From: Camelus dromedarius
Lineage: Eukaryota
NCBI RefSeq assembly: GCF_036321535.1
Contig: NC_087437.1
Coordinates: forward strand, 52,454,001 to 52,518,000
DNA: 64,000 nucleotides
Direction: 5' to 3'
Below, piece by piece: positions 1 to 12,520 of the stretch. How positions within the stretch are numbered: the first letter of the stretch is position 1; every line of letters begins with the position of its first letter. Under the pieces are notes generated by a model. That model saw nothing but the letters and a program-made list of their open reading frames with translations. It was not told the DNA's origin and searched no databases. Position numbers and translations under genes: made by a program.

Positions 1-671
1 AACCCCGTCACCGCCGAGGGAATAGCCGAGGCAGCCATAGTGACTTTGCGGCAATCTTGAAAAACCAGCCAGCCCAGGAAAATTCACCCCACCCCACTTA
101 CCTACACCAGGCTCAGCCCCAGTACCCCTCTCCCCATCACCATGATCCTCTGCCGCAGCAATACCAGCAACCCCCTCCTGCCGCGTCCCAGACTCACCAC
201 CCGAGACTCAGTATGCACAGCCAGGACATTGCAACCTGCGCCAACAACCTGAGGTATTTTGGCCCGGCGGCGGCCCTGAGGAGCCCACTCAGCAACCATG
301 CTCAAAGACAGATGCCTGGCTCTAGCCCTGACCTCATCTCCACAGCCATGGCAGCAGATTGCTGGAGGAGTTCTGAGCCTGACAGGGGCCAGGCTGGCCA
401 CCGGGACTGCTATCAGGCTGACCCTTATGACCCCTGCCTCCAGTGCAGGCCAGCACAGCGCGGGTCCCTAGACTTCCCCTCGGCTGAGCCGGTGGGGAGG
501 AGCCCCGACCTCTTCAAGTCACCAGCACACAATCCCCACTCGGAAAATGCCCAAGGTTCTGAGAAAACGGAAGAAAACGGGTTCAGCGGCTGTAGGTCTG
601 CGTCATCCCTTGGCACCCCTCATCACATCGCTTCCGCAGTGCTACCTCGAAAAACAAGGCCCCTTCAGAAG
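1..671 (+). CDS. MAP3K13: MAP3K13 (LZK) large internal coding exon (about exon 11), 5' end outside the window
   Basis: Frame from nt 3 reads PRHRRGNSRGSHSDFAAILKNQPAQENSPHPTYLHQ...LPRKTRPLQK, recognisable as LZK; donor AAG|gtaagg at 671/672. Confidence 0.96.
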
Positions 672-997
672 GTAAGGCGTAGTGACAACGGCAGTGTGGC
701 TCACTGCCTTCCAGGGATGTCAGAGCCTGTCATGTCATGTGCATTGTAAAATGTACATAGAAAGTATACATTCTGTAAAAGGATGAGATACCAAAAGCAC
801 AAGTAGCGGTTTCTTTTACTTTTAATACTTTCCACACTGCTTAAGTGATGGACTAAGGAATATACTTTGGGAACTACTGACTCGGGGCTGCTGCAAATGA
901 ACATAATTTATAAATAGAAAAATACCCAGATCTTAGGGAGATGTAATCAAAATAATTTGGAAACCACTACCTCGCCTAGTCCTAAGGGATGCAAGAG

Positions 998-1222
998 GGA
1001 AGGGTCCCATTATGAAACGAGTTTGGGAAACAGTATTCTCTGTCCCCACTTCGAGGCTCCTAAACACACATTAATAAACCCTAGGCTTTGAGAAATCATG
1101 CAGTAGCCTTGTTTAATCCAGCATTTCTTCCACCTATTTGACCTTTACTGCCTTTTAAAAGTAGCATCTATTAATCCCCCATGGAACTAGCTTTCTTCAC
1201 AATGTATTTTGGGAAAACATCG
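998..1222 (-). mobile_element. hAT-Charlie DNA transposon relic (MER112-like)
   Basis: Motifs gagtttgggaaac, tgtttaatccagcatttc, tatttgacc and atggaactag recognised by eye. Confidence 0.5.
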
Positions 1223-1344
1223 CCTTAATTAATAACCATCATGGCCCCGCCAGTTCTCAGTCACTGAAACCTGATCCTCTCCTCCTCGCCCACTGGCTGC
1301 CTGTGGTTTATTAGCTGGGTGGCTCTCCACCTCTCCTACCTTGT

Positions 1345-1560
1345 GCGGTTAAGAGCACAAGCTTGGGAGTCAGGTCAAAGCCAGGCTCTTCCACTTAGTA
1401 CCTTTTTGAACACCTGTTCCTTATCTATAAAATGGAAACAATAGTGGACCCTGCCTCATTGATGAATATGAAGATTAAATGAGTTAGTACATATCAAGCA
1501 TTTAGAAGAGGGCCTGGCACATAGCAACCTTCCAAAAATGTGAGCTCATCTTGCTAATGT
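1345..1560 (+). mobile_element. MIR SINE
   Basis: ggttaagagcac...ttccttatctataaaatgg...cctggcacatag core. Confidence 0.7.
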
Positions 1561-1904
1561 GTTAAAAGTAACAGTATGGATGAAAAGTATTTAGCACAGA
1601 AAACACCCACTCAATTCTAACTATTGTTTCACATCATCATCATCATCCATCAGGAATTCAGCTGAAGGAATGAAAGTGTCTAAAATGTAAATGAGTATGT
1701 TTTGGTCAGCTAGACAATTACTAGAAAAGAAGTTGAAGCTAAGGGCCACTGTCTCAGAACTGTATTTCTTCCTCCACATATAGTGTGCTCCTGACTGTGC
1801 ATTCCCAGAGATAAATCGTGTTTCAGATAGTGCAGTGGATTTGGGCTAATCCGTTTTCTGCTCCTCTGCCCCTAGAACCTGTAACATGTTTTTTTGGGGT
1901 GAGG

Positions 1905-2075
1905 GGGACAACTTTATTGAGATATAATTCACATACTATACAGTGCTTAAACTGTATGGCTCAGTTCTTTTTACTCAGAGTTCTGCAACCACCACCACAA
2001 CTAATTTGAGAATATTTTAATCACCCTAGGAAGAAACCCTGCACTCTTTAGCGCTCACCCACTTCATGGCCCCTT
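1905..2075 (-). mobile_element. L1M(B) 3' end fragment
   Basis: actttattgagatataattcacatac...caaccaccaccacaactaatttgagaatattttaatcacc. Confidence 0.65.
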
Positions 2076-3137
2076 CCCAAGTAGCATGTGTCCTTGAACC
2101 ATCCAGATGCCATTTTGATGCCTCTGCGGGTCTGCAGGCCCGGGAACACACCCCTTCTCCATCTGGCCTCACTAGAACCACATTCCCATAGAGCAGCTCA
2201 ACTTCTCTCTACCCAGATAAACTCCCACGGGGACTCTAGAGGGAAGTCTATCTCCACAGTCAGAACTCCATCCTGGGCTTTCCTACTCAAAAAAGCATAT
2301 CAGAATACAAATGGGTAAGGGTGATGGATTATTAGAACTGACTTTAAAAGTAACTTATCCTCAATTTTTGGTATAATTCTTTGGACCCATTTACCCACCT
2401 CACAAGGGATTGTAGTAATCCAGCACATCGTGACACTGTGATTAAGGACAGTTGATTTTAAGTGTGGCTGTTCCTATGCCCTTGAAGGGAGATGGAATCT
2501 TCCCTCACAGGGAAGATCTTGTTCTTAGACAGGACGTACCCACCCTTCCAGATCAGCCACAGAGCCCCAGCAATCACAGGCCTCAGATGTCCCAACCAGA
2601 GCTCTCTTATCCGTGCCCACGTGCTGACTCAGTTATGTGCTGAGCATCTATTTTGTTTGCCGTGTTGTGTTAGTGGTGGAGGAGGAATACAATATGACAA
2701 GACGTGGTCCAACCCCAAATAATGTAGGTCTTAGTAGTACAGATGATATAAACATAATATCTGCAATATTAGTGAAAAGGTGATTGGTACATAAAAGGGG
2801 AAAAGAAAGTTGTTGGACTTTGAAGAACTGAAAGATCATTTCTTGTTGAAGTCTCTAAGTCAGAGCCTCAAACCACCAGTGACCATAATTACAAGAGGCC
2901 ACCCCAAAATCCAAGACCTCCTCTCCAATTTCCCCTCTTCATCACTCACCTTGGACACTCACATTTACCTCTCTGAGGGCAAAGGTAACATCTTGCCCAG
3001 TTCTGTATTTCCTGCAGCATCTATTATACGCCTCTCATCATAGACGCCCAGGAAAAGTTACTAAATCAATGAATGAAGATATATATATTTAAAGATGACA
3101 CTCAGTGCCTCTGATGATAATTAAGTCTTTTACAGGG

Positions 3138-3141
<4 letters not shown>

Positions 3142-3227
<86 letters not shown>
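3142..3227. repeat. Compound microsatellite (TG)16(AG)27
   Basis: Read directly from the sequence. Confidence 0.97.
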
Positions 3228-3232
<5 letters not shown>

Positions 3233-3255
3233 AGACTCTTTCTCCTTGTTCTCAG

Positions 3256-3326
3256 AGTGGAGATGACTCCTCTGAAGAGGAAGAAGGGGAAGTAGATAGT
3301 GAAGTTGAATTTCCACGAAGACAGAG
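3256..3326 (+). CDS. MAP3K13: MAP3K13 coding exon (about exon 12), 71 nt
   Basis: ttgttctcag|AGT GGA GAT GAC...; encodes SGDDSSEEEEGEVDSEVEFPRRQ(R); donor AG|gtaaaa; phase 0 in, phase 2 out. Confidence 0.95.
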
Positions 3327-3650
3327 GTAAAACCAATGAACACATATGATTGCTTTCAGTGTGATCAGGGAAAATCCTGAGTTTGCCACACCTCTGGTCC
3401 TGACACAGGCCACTTTCTAACAACCGTCCTATAGGGAAATTTGAACCTACTGTGTTCATGGTTTCCCACTGCCCATTTTGGCAGCTGGCTATGCACAGCA
3501 GATCCTGATTTATCTGAATTCACTAGATAGGAACTTCAAGGTGAGGAAAATAAATATGGACTCAAAGTTATAATTGAGAATTTAGTGGGCAGTTTATGAG
3601 ATGGCCACGCTGTTTTATGAGTAATTTTACTGGTTTCTAGCATACCTCCC

Positions 3651-3997
3651 TGTATTAGTCTGCTCAGGTTGCCGTAACAAAACACAGACAGGGTGGCTTA
3701 AACAATGGAAATTTATTTCTCCCAGTTCTGGAGGCTGGGAAGTCAAAGTCCAAGGTTCCTGGTGAGAATTCTCTTCCTGGCTAGCAAATAGCAGCCTTCT
3801 TGCTGTGTCCTCACACAGTGAGGGAGAAAGAGAGATCTTCCTCTTCTTATAAGGCCAGGGTCTTATGGATTAGGCCCCACCCTTATGACCTCATTTAATC
3901 TTTATTACTTCCTACAGACTCTGTCTCCAGATTCAGGCGCGTTGTGGGTAGGGCTTCAACATATGAATTTGAGGAGGACATAATTCAGTTCATAGCA
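3651..3997 (-). mobile_element. MaLR solo LTR (MLT1A/B-like)
   Basis: TG...CA termini; tgtattagtctgctcagg...cagttctggaggctgggaagtc...ttcaacatatgaattt...catagca. Confidence 0.8.
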
Positions 3998-5724
3998 CTC
4001 TGTATGCCTTGGGTTTTATGCCTCCAGTTAAATATAATTAGATGAGTTGAATCCTCCTTCAACCCAGCCTTAAAAATAGCTTCCTGCATAGCCAGCAATA
4101 ATAATTTTGCTTGCAGGACTAAAGAAGGACTGCATTCCCCTACTTGGAGAACTAAGAGCTGTCCTTCTGTAGAAGTACAGAAGGTAGTTCTCCTCCCAGG
4201 AGGCCTTTTCTGCTAAAAGGCATTCCGTTCATGGAAAGTAAGACTCCAGGAATCCTCCACGAAGCTTTGCAGCCCGCCCGGAAACAGGAATTCCCTGAAA
4301 CCAAGGGACTCCTAGTACTCTGGTAAATTGCATTCTGAGTCCCTATGCTGTGTACAGAATTGAAATCTGCTCTCATCCCCTGAGCCATAGCTGTCACATT
4401 GCCTTTGCTGATTTGTTTCCTTGGACGCTGTGTTTTCTCCTATGCAATGCGATTGAACACGAATAAAATGTCTTTTCATCCTCTGAACTCATTCAACAGG
4501 CATCGCAATCACGTTACTGCCAGCTTTTGTTTCTATGACACACCATTAACTCAGCCTACCCAATGGCTTCCCGCCTTTCTTTCTTGTTATGATGCAAATT
4601 TTGTGTTTTTACCTCATGGTTTTGCTTTTTATATTATAACATTTTTCTCCCTGTCTCCCTGATGGATTACCAGCCTTGAGAAGTCGTGTGAGTCCTATGT
4701 TAACTTCCCTTTCCCACGTGGGCTTCCTACATCCAGCCTCTTTTCTTGTGTCCTTGACCCCCATAACCACAGGCCATTACCTGGCCTGGTCCTCAGCCAG
4801 CTGCAGGTCATATGCCATCAAAATCGTTTTGTACTAAGAAATATAGAAAGACCCGATGATGACAGAGGGGAAAGGCGATCTTCCTTTTTATCATTTATTT
4901 TGTTTTTTAAACCAGTGTAAGCTAACAGCATTCTTATTGACTAGGCTACTTGTAAACAAGGGGAAAGAAATGAAGAACTTTCACAAATCCCTCATTCCTG
5001 ACCCACTGTGCCTCTTCTGAGCTAAACCCCGTTGTTAACTAGAATGAGCCACCCTGGGCAGGGCCCACAGCTGCAGAGTGAATGCTCCCTCCGAGCTCAT
5101 TTCTCTTGGGGCCGGGCAATAGGGGTGGTGAAGGCACTGGCCTTCCAGGGCTGCTGTGCTCAGGGGAAATGCAGCCACCATGCCCCGTTGGGGGAGGGGG
5201 GAGGACGGAGAATGACACTGAGGGAGCATGAGGAGACCCGACCCAACCCGCAGCTCCGCAGTGTCTGAGAGTGTGGTCTTGAACAAGTCACTTCCCTTCT
5301 CTGCCTCCAGTTTTCTGCTCTGGGAGACGAGTCAGACCAGAGAATTTCCAAAGGCTCTTTCTCCTCTGAGAATCTAGGTGGTTGGTTCTCTATGAATAAG
5401 AAGGATAATTTCAATGTGAACCTTGCCATGGCACACACAGGTGTGCACAGCCTCGTTAGACCAGCCCATTTTCTCAAAGACCAGCGGTAGCCATCAGCTT
5501 TGGAGTGTAGAGTGGAACCACGTAAACATATAAACCAAATGAAAGGGAAATTCAGATTTCCCTCCCTGTTGCTTTCTAGTTAAATAGCTTCTACCTTTCT
5601 GGATTTGATTCTCCCTAGGGGCAGAGAGAAAACTAGATCCCCTCCCGCCGAGGCTGTGAATGACAGACAAGGAAAGGAAAGTAGCCGGTGGTGACTAAGT
5701 GCCTCTGGTTCTTTGTCATTCCAG

Positions 5725-6022
5725 GCCCCATCGCTGCATCAGCAGCTGCCAGTCATATTCAACCTTTAGCTCTGAGAATTTCTCTGTGTCTGACGGCGAG
5801 GAGGGAAATACCAGTGACCACTCAAACAGTCCTGATGAGTTAGCAGATAAACTTGAAGACCGCCTGGCAGAGAAGCTAGATGACCTCCTGTCCCAGACGC
5901 CAGAGATCCCCATTGAGATATCCTCGCATTCGGACGGGCTCTCTGACAAGGAGTGTGCGGTGCGCCGTGTGAAGACGCAGATGTCTTTGGGCAAGCTGTG
6001 CGTGGAGGATCGTGGCTATGAG
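5725..6022 (+). CDS. MAP3K13: MAP3K13 coding exon (about exon 13), 298 nt, contains the SDGLSD hexapeptide
   Basis: cattccag|G CCC CAT CGC; (R)PHRCISSCQSYSTFSSENFSVSDGEEGNTSD...SDGLSDKECAVRRVKTQMSLGKLCVEDRGYE; donor GAG|gtgggg. Confidence 0.96.
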
Positions 6023-6369
6023 GTGGGGCTGCTCCTCCCTTCTCCTCATCACTGTTCCCTGCCCGTTGCTCTTTGGGTTCAGGTCCCTAGGGCCTTTACA
6101 GTCATCATTTAGTATAACATAAAACAACTGCCCCCATGAAATAAGTAGAAATTCGGAGATGACAGAGCTCCCTGAAATGGGGGCAAACAAGCACAAACAC
6201 GGAATTGCCCTTTATTCCAAGATCTAACTCAAGCATCACTTCCTCCTGACCCCATCTCCCAACCTGGTGAAGGATAAGGGCCTCCCATCTCCACGTCTCC
6301 ACCAGCCCCTGGGCGATGCTATCATAGCTCTTTATGAACACTTAGTTCACATATGGTACTGCCTTCTGA

Positions 6370-6620
6370 GAGGCAGGCTAGTTTGGTGGCTGGAACTGTG
6401 TACACTAGAACCCAACTGCCTGGTGCGAATCTCAGCCTTTCTACTAACTCACTGTGTGCCATTGGGCAAGCCACTTAACCTCTCTGTAGGTCAGCTCCCC
6501 ACTCTGTAAAATGGGTATGATAACCGCATCTGTCTTACAGGGTTGTTGTGAGGATTCAGTGGATTAATAGCCGTGAAGCCCTTACAGCAGTGCCTGGAAC
6601 GTAGCAAACAGTATCTAAGT
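6370..6620 (+). mobile_element. MIR SINE
   Basis: tgggcaagccacttaacctctctg...ctgtaaaatggg...cagggttgttgtgaggatt core. Confidence 0.75.
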
Positions 6621-6848
6621 GGGGCTGTGGGGGCACTGTTATCATTGTCATCAGCAGCGTCATTATCATCAGCTTCCTATGTCTTCTTTCTCCATAAGCT
6701 CACAAGGACAGGGCCTGGGTTCACTTATCTTTGTAGCCCCCTTAGCCAGCAACCCAGCACAGTGCCTGTCACATGGGAGGTTTTCAATATACGTTTACTG
6801 AGTGATTGCAGAAAGGAATCAAGGTTTTATGTTGTCTTGACTTTGCAG

Positions 6849-6950
6849 AATCCTATGCAATTTGAAGAATCGGACTGTGACTCTTCAGACGGGGAGTGTT
6901 CTGATGCCACAGTTAGGACCAATAAACACTACAGCTCTGCAACCTGGTAA
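6849..6950 (+). CDS. MAP3K13: MAP3K13 terminal coding exon
   Basis: ctttgcag|AAT CCT ATG; NPMQFEESDCDSSDGECSDATVRTNKHYSSATW-TAA matches the LZK C-terminus. Confidence 0.96.
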   Translation, partial: NPMQFEESDCDSSDGECSDATVRTNKHYSSATW

Positions 6951-9900
6951 TGAAAGGATACCCATCCTGAAGATCTCATAACTATACTGGCATCTCAAAT
7001 CCATCTCACCCTCTGATTCTGCCCACTCCCTGCTTTTTTGTCTGGGAGGAGAGCTGCCCCATCTTTCTTACCCCTAGAAATAAGCTGCAATAACAGGAAC
7101 ATGAGACTTCGCAAATCTCTGGAAAAAAATACCCAAATGAAGTTAAGTCTCACTGAACATTTCAATCAAGAATGGCAGGGATCTACTTTATTGAATATTC
7201 TAGCTACTGTAACATTGATATTTATTTTTGTTTGACATTTTAACACTTTGTACTGTAAAGAGTGAACTATATATGATAGAGAGAAAGACAATAATTTCTT
7301 GCAAAAAAAGAGAGAGACTGAGAGAGAGAGAAAGGAGGAAAGAAAAGTGGAATTTAGGAGCAACATCCTTGGGGATTTGTGGGGCCAGGAGGTATTATCG
7401 CTACTTGAACAGGGACCAGTTCTTTTCGCCATAAGTAACTGAAGAGACACAGAGCAAGACATACTGAGCATTTTAGAAAACAAAGAACAGCAAAAGAAAA
7501 GCAATTCCAGGTAACTTGTGAACAGACCACGTTGTGTTCAACCAGCTTGTCCAGATGGGTGTTGGAAATGACCTAAAAAAGTCTGGAGTCCAGATACTTG
7601 CACCCAAGGGTCTTTGAGGGTATATGCTTCCTCTAGGAGGAAACAGAAAACTGTATATGTGGAAGCTGATCTCATTTTTAAAATTTTAAGCAGCATTTGG
7701 TAGTGAGGCTTACAAATAGCGTCCAACCTTGTCCTTGATGAATATTTCCCTTTTTAATTCTGTCAGTCATTACCTTAGCAAATGCATTACCTTGGCCAAT
7801 GTGTTGATTTTTCAAGTGCCATTTTCTTATAGCCTATTTCCTTTCCACCTGTTGACCACTTCTTTTAGGGAAAAAAAGGGGAGGGGGGAGAGCCTGAGGA
7901 GGAAAGAAAAGAAAAAAAGAATGTCCAACAGTGTTAGAAAAGCAAATGTGGAATCTGTCAAAGGACGTTCTCAGAATGTCTCAGTTCATCTACATGGAGA
8001 AGATGGAGTCACCTCTCCCTGGAACCAGGTTACTTGTCTACTAGAGTTTTATATGATTTAGATGGAACAGTCTTCGAAGGCAGCTTGGATGGGTGTGAGT
8101 CTGTCCCAATGTCCAATCCCAAACCAGCCCTATGTTTTTATTTGTTAATTCATTCTGTCCCAGAAGCTTTAGTGACTGGCTACCACTATCAGAATAAAGG
8201 CAAAATAAGTAACTTACAAAAGGCAACCCCTCCTCCACCATGACAGCATTTTTGTTCAGTGCTACTTGTAAAATGTATTTGGATCAATGCAGCTTTGAAT
8301 AATTGGATTTGGAAATTCCTAGAAAGAACAACTGATGCTGAGCAGTGATTGTAAAGGTTTTACATTGTCCAAGGCATGAGGTCCTTCCTGTCTCCAGGGT
8401 CATGGGCTCTGAGAAGCATCCCAAGGTACTTCATGTATCTCAGCTTTAAGGAAATTTTTATCTAGAATTTTATATAAAAAGATGTTGGCCTAGTTCCTTC
8501 TCTGTCTCCAAGATCAGTTACTGCCAAAAAACCTCTCTAGGCTCAAGACCAGGAGAGGATGGCTAGATGCTTTGACACTGCTTCATATTGGACATCAGGA
8601 AGGACTTACACACACAGGTATTAATCCATTTCCAATGCAGATGGAAACATAGCCCTCCTCTGGGTGTCACTGATTGCATCGGCCAAAAAGGAAAAGGAGG
8701 AGGGAATTTAGAGCAATTCCTTTTGCTTGTTTGATCCCTCCATTTGTTTACACTTTACGTTGAGTCATTGATTTAAAATTTAGTGTCCGTAATTTATAGC
8801 TCTTAAGTAGGATAAAGGAAAATGTTTAACTTATACAGAGAGCAGTATTGTTTCATTAAATTATTCCATTTTGTATAAATTCTGTAGCTGGACTACATGA
8901 AAGATCTTAAGCTATGGCATTATTATCATTGTTATTTTATTTTATAATAATTATTATCATTCTCATTTTCTGTCGATCAGAAGGTGTGGTTTACGGTGTA
9001 GCACAATGATTGTGTTTATTGCTAACCATGAATTATTATGGATTTTTATGATTTTTATGAAGGAATGAAAATGGAACTGCCATTTGGGAGCTCCCTGGTA
9101 TTGGTCTTAGCTGTTTTCCCTCATTTTCTGTGTATGACAACAATCATCTGAGGATGCGGGTTCTGCCCTGGAGCCCAGTGGACACCTTGTGATCAAAAAA
9201 GCTCCTGAGTGAACAGATGACGGAGTAGATGGACAAACAGTTCACAAGCTGTACACTTTCTCAAGTTTCTTAAGAAATAAAATCATGGGACTATATTAGA
9301 AGCCCAAGAGAATTATTTAATGTCCTGAGAGGAACAGTCCTAGAAGGGTTTTGCATGGGACCCGTGGGGTAGATATTTTCAAGAACTGCAGCATAGTTTG
9401 TAATCTCCTTCATGCTAGATCCCACAAAACCAACCTTTTTTCTCCTAGTTGGGAGACTGAAAAAATGAAAATGTATAAAAATGCCTAGCTGTGATGTCAT
9501 CCCACGGCAAGACTCGGAATTCTAGAATGGGACCTAGTCTCTCAGAGAATCACAGAGTTGGCAAAGTACCTTAAAAGGCCATATCTTTCATCCTCTGACT
9601 TCAGACCACACCATACTGTGAATCTCTCTGGGTCATTACTTCTGGGAACGGAGAAGCTACTACTCTGTGTCCTCCTTCTGTCCAACATAAAACACTGACA
9701 CTTCACCTTGTCCCAGTCTTGCCCCACTGTAGTGGCCAAAGAGAAACATGAAGGGCAACATGTCTTACACTTTTTATTGATGGTCTTCCTGGCAAACCCA
9801 CCCCAAGACCTCATAATTTTGATTAAGTTTTTTGAATTCCCATCTTGACTGTCATGATAATGCCATCTACCTATCTGCCTTAACTGTCATGAGCATATTA

Positions 9901-12440
9901 GGGTGTTAGTGTGGAATCTTCATTCACTGTATTGTCAAGAGTTGAATAAAGTTCCACATTGAACATTTTACTTATTTTTTAGTAGAAGTGACTAGAGGCT
10001 TCAGAGAAGAACAGTGTTTTTAGGTTAAAAGAGAAATGCCTTCTCTACCCCAGGCTGCCCTTCACTACCTGTCTTGAGATAAGCAGGACAACTTTGAACT
10101 GATGTGTGTTTCTTTGAGGACAATTCCACAGCCATCTGAGGAGTGCTGAATGAAGAGCTCGGGAATTGAAGAGCTAAATCTTCAGTCCTGACAACTTGCA
10201 ACAGTGCTTTAAGGAAACTCGCAGGACTGATTTCCAGCTTAATTGTTGATTGAAAGTTTAACCCCCTTAAGATGAATGTCCACATTCGTTTCACATCTGT
10301 TTTTGACTGACTGCCAGTTAATGAGCTTTAACTTGTGTTTTAGATGGGCATTTGGTTCTGATTCCCATCTATTTCTAGATCGTGTCCTCTGAATAACAAT
10401 TCCTCTTAAAATTGTTTAACAGGACTGAGAAGCCTGCATCCCCTTTGAAATTATAATAGACTTTACCTCCGCTAAAATTTAGACCTGTTTGTGAGATTGT
10501 GGGGAGCACCTCCCAGAAAGGTGAAGATGCTAGCTCTGTTGTAAGATGATCTGGCATGACCTACTTGAAGTTCAGATATTTTAAAACTTTAGTATCAACA
10601 AATTCATCCTTCAGAATTAAGGATATTTTTAGTAGGATTTAGTAAGTTACTGGACCCATTTCAGGGCCTTATTGTACTAAATTTTCCTCTTACCCTAAGT
10701 AGTAATAGAGTTGATGGTTTGGGGGTTTTCCTGGTACCAACCCAATTTTAAATGCCTTCTGCCTCTGTGAAACATTGACTTTTTTTTCAGTGTGAATGCA
10801 TCTTTGTTGATCAAATGACTTACCCTTTTTTTCCATGCCTTTGTGTCTCAGTTTTTCCCTCTTTTCTTAAAATATTCATACTTGAACTTCCTGGAACTGA
10901 ATTCTACAAACATAATAGCATCCAAGGAATTCTCACCTGCTCTGCAATACAGTGTGCCATGTTTTTTGTTTTTCCACTAAACCGGAAACCAAAATACCCC
11001 ACATAACACTGTCTACCATTTCCACCCTAAATACCCAAGACCCATGTTATTTATTGATTATTGTATTCTTTCCTACTGAGCTTGGACACAGCCTCAGAAC
11101 CTCTCACAACACAGCACTTGGAGCAACAGTTACCACTTGATGGGAATTGGTGTGCAAGGGGAGATCTGTTTGCCATCTCAGCTCTACCCTCATAATTAAT
11201 TTCCTAAGGTGGTTTGAGATCTTGAGTTAGCCCTGACAGGAGACTGACTGACAGGATTGCACCAGTGTACTCCTTACGGATCCCACCCTATGGCTGTCGG
11301 GGGGGCAGCACCGATGGTGGGAAAAGGGCCACGTGCCTCCACCCACTGCCCTTTTGGACTACGATTCCAATTGAATAACCTCCAGTCACTGACAGATTGA
11401 ATTCCAGCTGTCTCTTGATTTACATCATTGCATTGTGTTAAGTGAGCATGTTCCTCCATCACTATCTGTAAACAGAGTTAACATATTAAGTCCCAGTTCC
11501 TTGCTTCTTCCTTAGACTCTGTGAGATTGATGTACCAAAACAATGTGACATTCTCTTTTTTAAGACTTTGACTCGGACTGTCAGTACGAATTTAGTGCCT
11601 TTTCAGGCAGCAAGATTTTTCTTCATTGCTGACTATACTCACAGCGCCAGTGTTACCAACCTCACGGACTAGCACATAAGAATCACATTAGTCTGCCTGT
11701 TTGCATGTTACAGCCAATACTGCAAGCTCCTGTTCAGACTGGAATGAACTAGGCTGCCAAGTGGAGGACCCTTGTGGAAGCTGGAACACTTCTCAGGGAC
11801 AGGTGGCAGAAGAGAAGAGCTCTGAAATCACTGTTCTAAGAAACAGGGTTATCCCAAAGGAGTTGGGTTAGGGCTTTTAACTGTCACGTGACCAGAGCAT
11901 GCTGGCAGGATCTCACACAGGGCCAAGACCTCAGGCAGATGGCAAGGCCACTGTCAGGAAACTTCTGGACAAATCCCAGGCCTACTCTCTAGAGCCACTT
12001 CACAGCACTCAGGGGAATACTGGCTCCTGGCCCCAGCCTGCTGCCCAGTTACCAGGCAGACAGGGTCCTCCAATGATTGCAGGCTAGAGGGAACCAGAGC
12101 CAGAATGTGCAAGATGTCCCTTATTGACCATATCACCTGGGTAGCTCACTGCCTCCAGAGTGATCACTTCTCAGACTCAGGAAGTGGGATGACTCACTTG
12201 ATTCTTGTTTGCGGTAATTTGAGTTCCTTTCAATTTGGAGCAAATTAACTTCTTTTTGTAGTCAAGTCTCAAAATGAACTCTTGTCGGTGTCCTCTGTGG
12301 TCTCCGGCACTGAGTTCCCCTGTTCCCTGTGAGGATGCCGCCTCCCTCTTTGTATTGAACAATTGTACATCGATGGGAACAAGAGTGACTATCAAAGCAA
12401 ACAAATGCATGGAATTAAACAAAAAGTGTACTTCACTGTT
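6951..12440 (+). other. MAP3K13: Probable long MAP3K13 3' UTR with several candidate poly(A) signals
   Basis: Repeat-poor sequence after the stop codon; AATAAA at 9945-9950 with U-rich downstream tract; ATTAAA at 12414-12419 with UGUA upstream and U/GU-rich tract downstream. The end position is inferred. Confidence 0.55.
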
Positions 12441-12460
12441 TTCTGTCCTGTCTTTTCCTT
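12414..12460 (+). terminator. Candidate distal MAP3K13 polyadenylation signal
   Basis: ATTAAA 12414-12419 followed by cactgttttctgtcctgtcttttcc; TGTA motifs at about 12351 and 12364. Confidence 0.5.
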
Positions 12461-12480
12461 AGGGTACTGTTAGCAATATG

Positions 12481-12520
12481 ATCAAACACACACCACACAG
12501 AACATTTATATCCATTTATT
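12481..12520 (-). terminator. Candidate TMEM41A polyadenylation signal
   Basis: AATAAA on the minus strand (tttatt 12515-12520) followed 15-35 nt downstream by GU-rich ctgtgtggtgtgtgtttgat. Confidence 0.6.
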
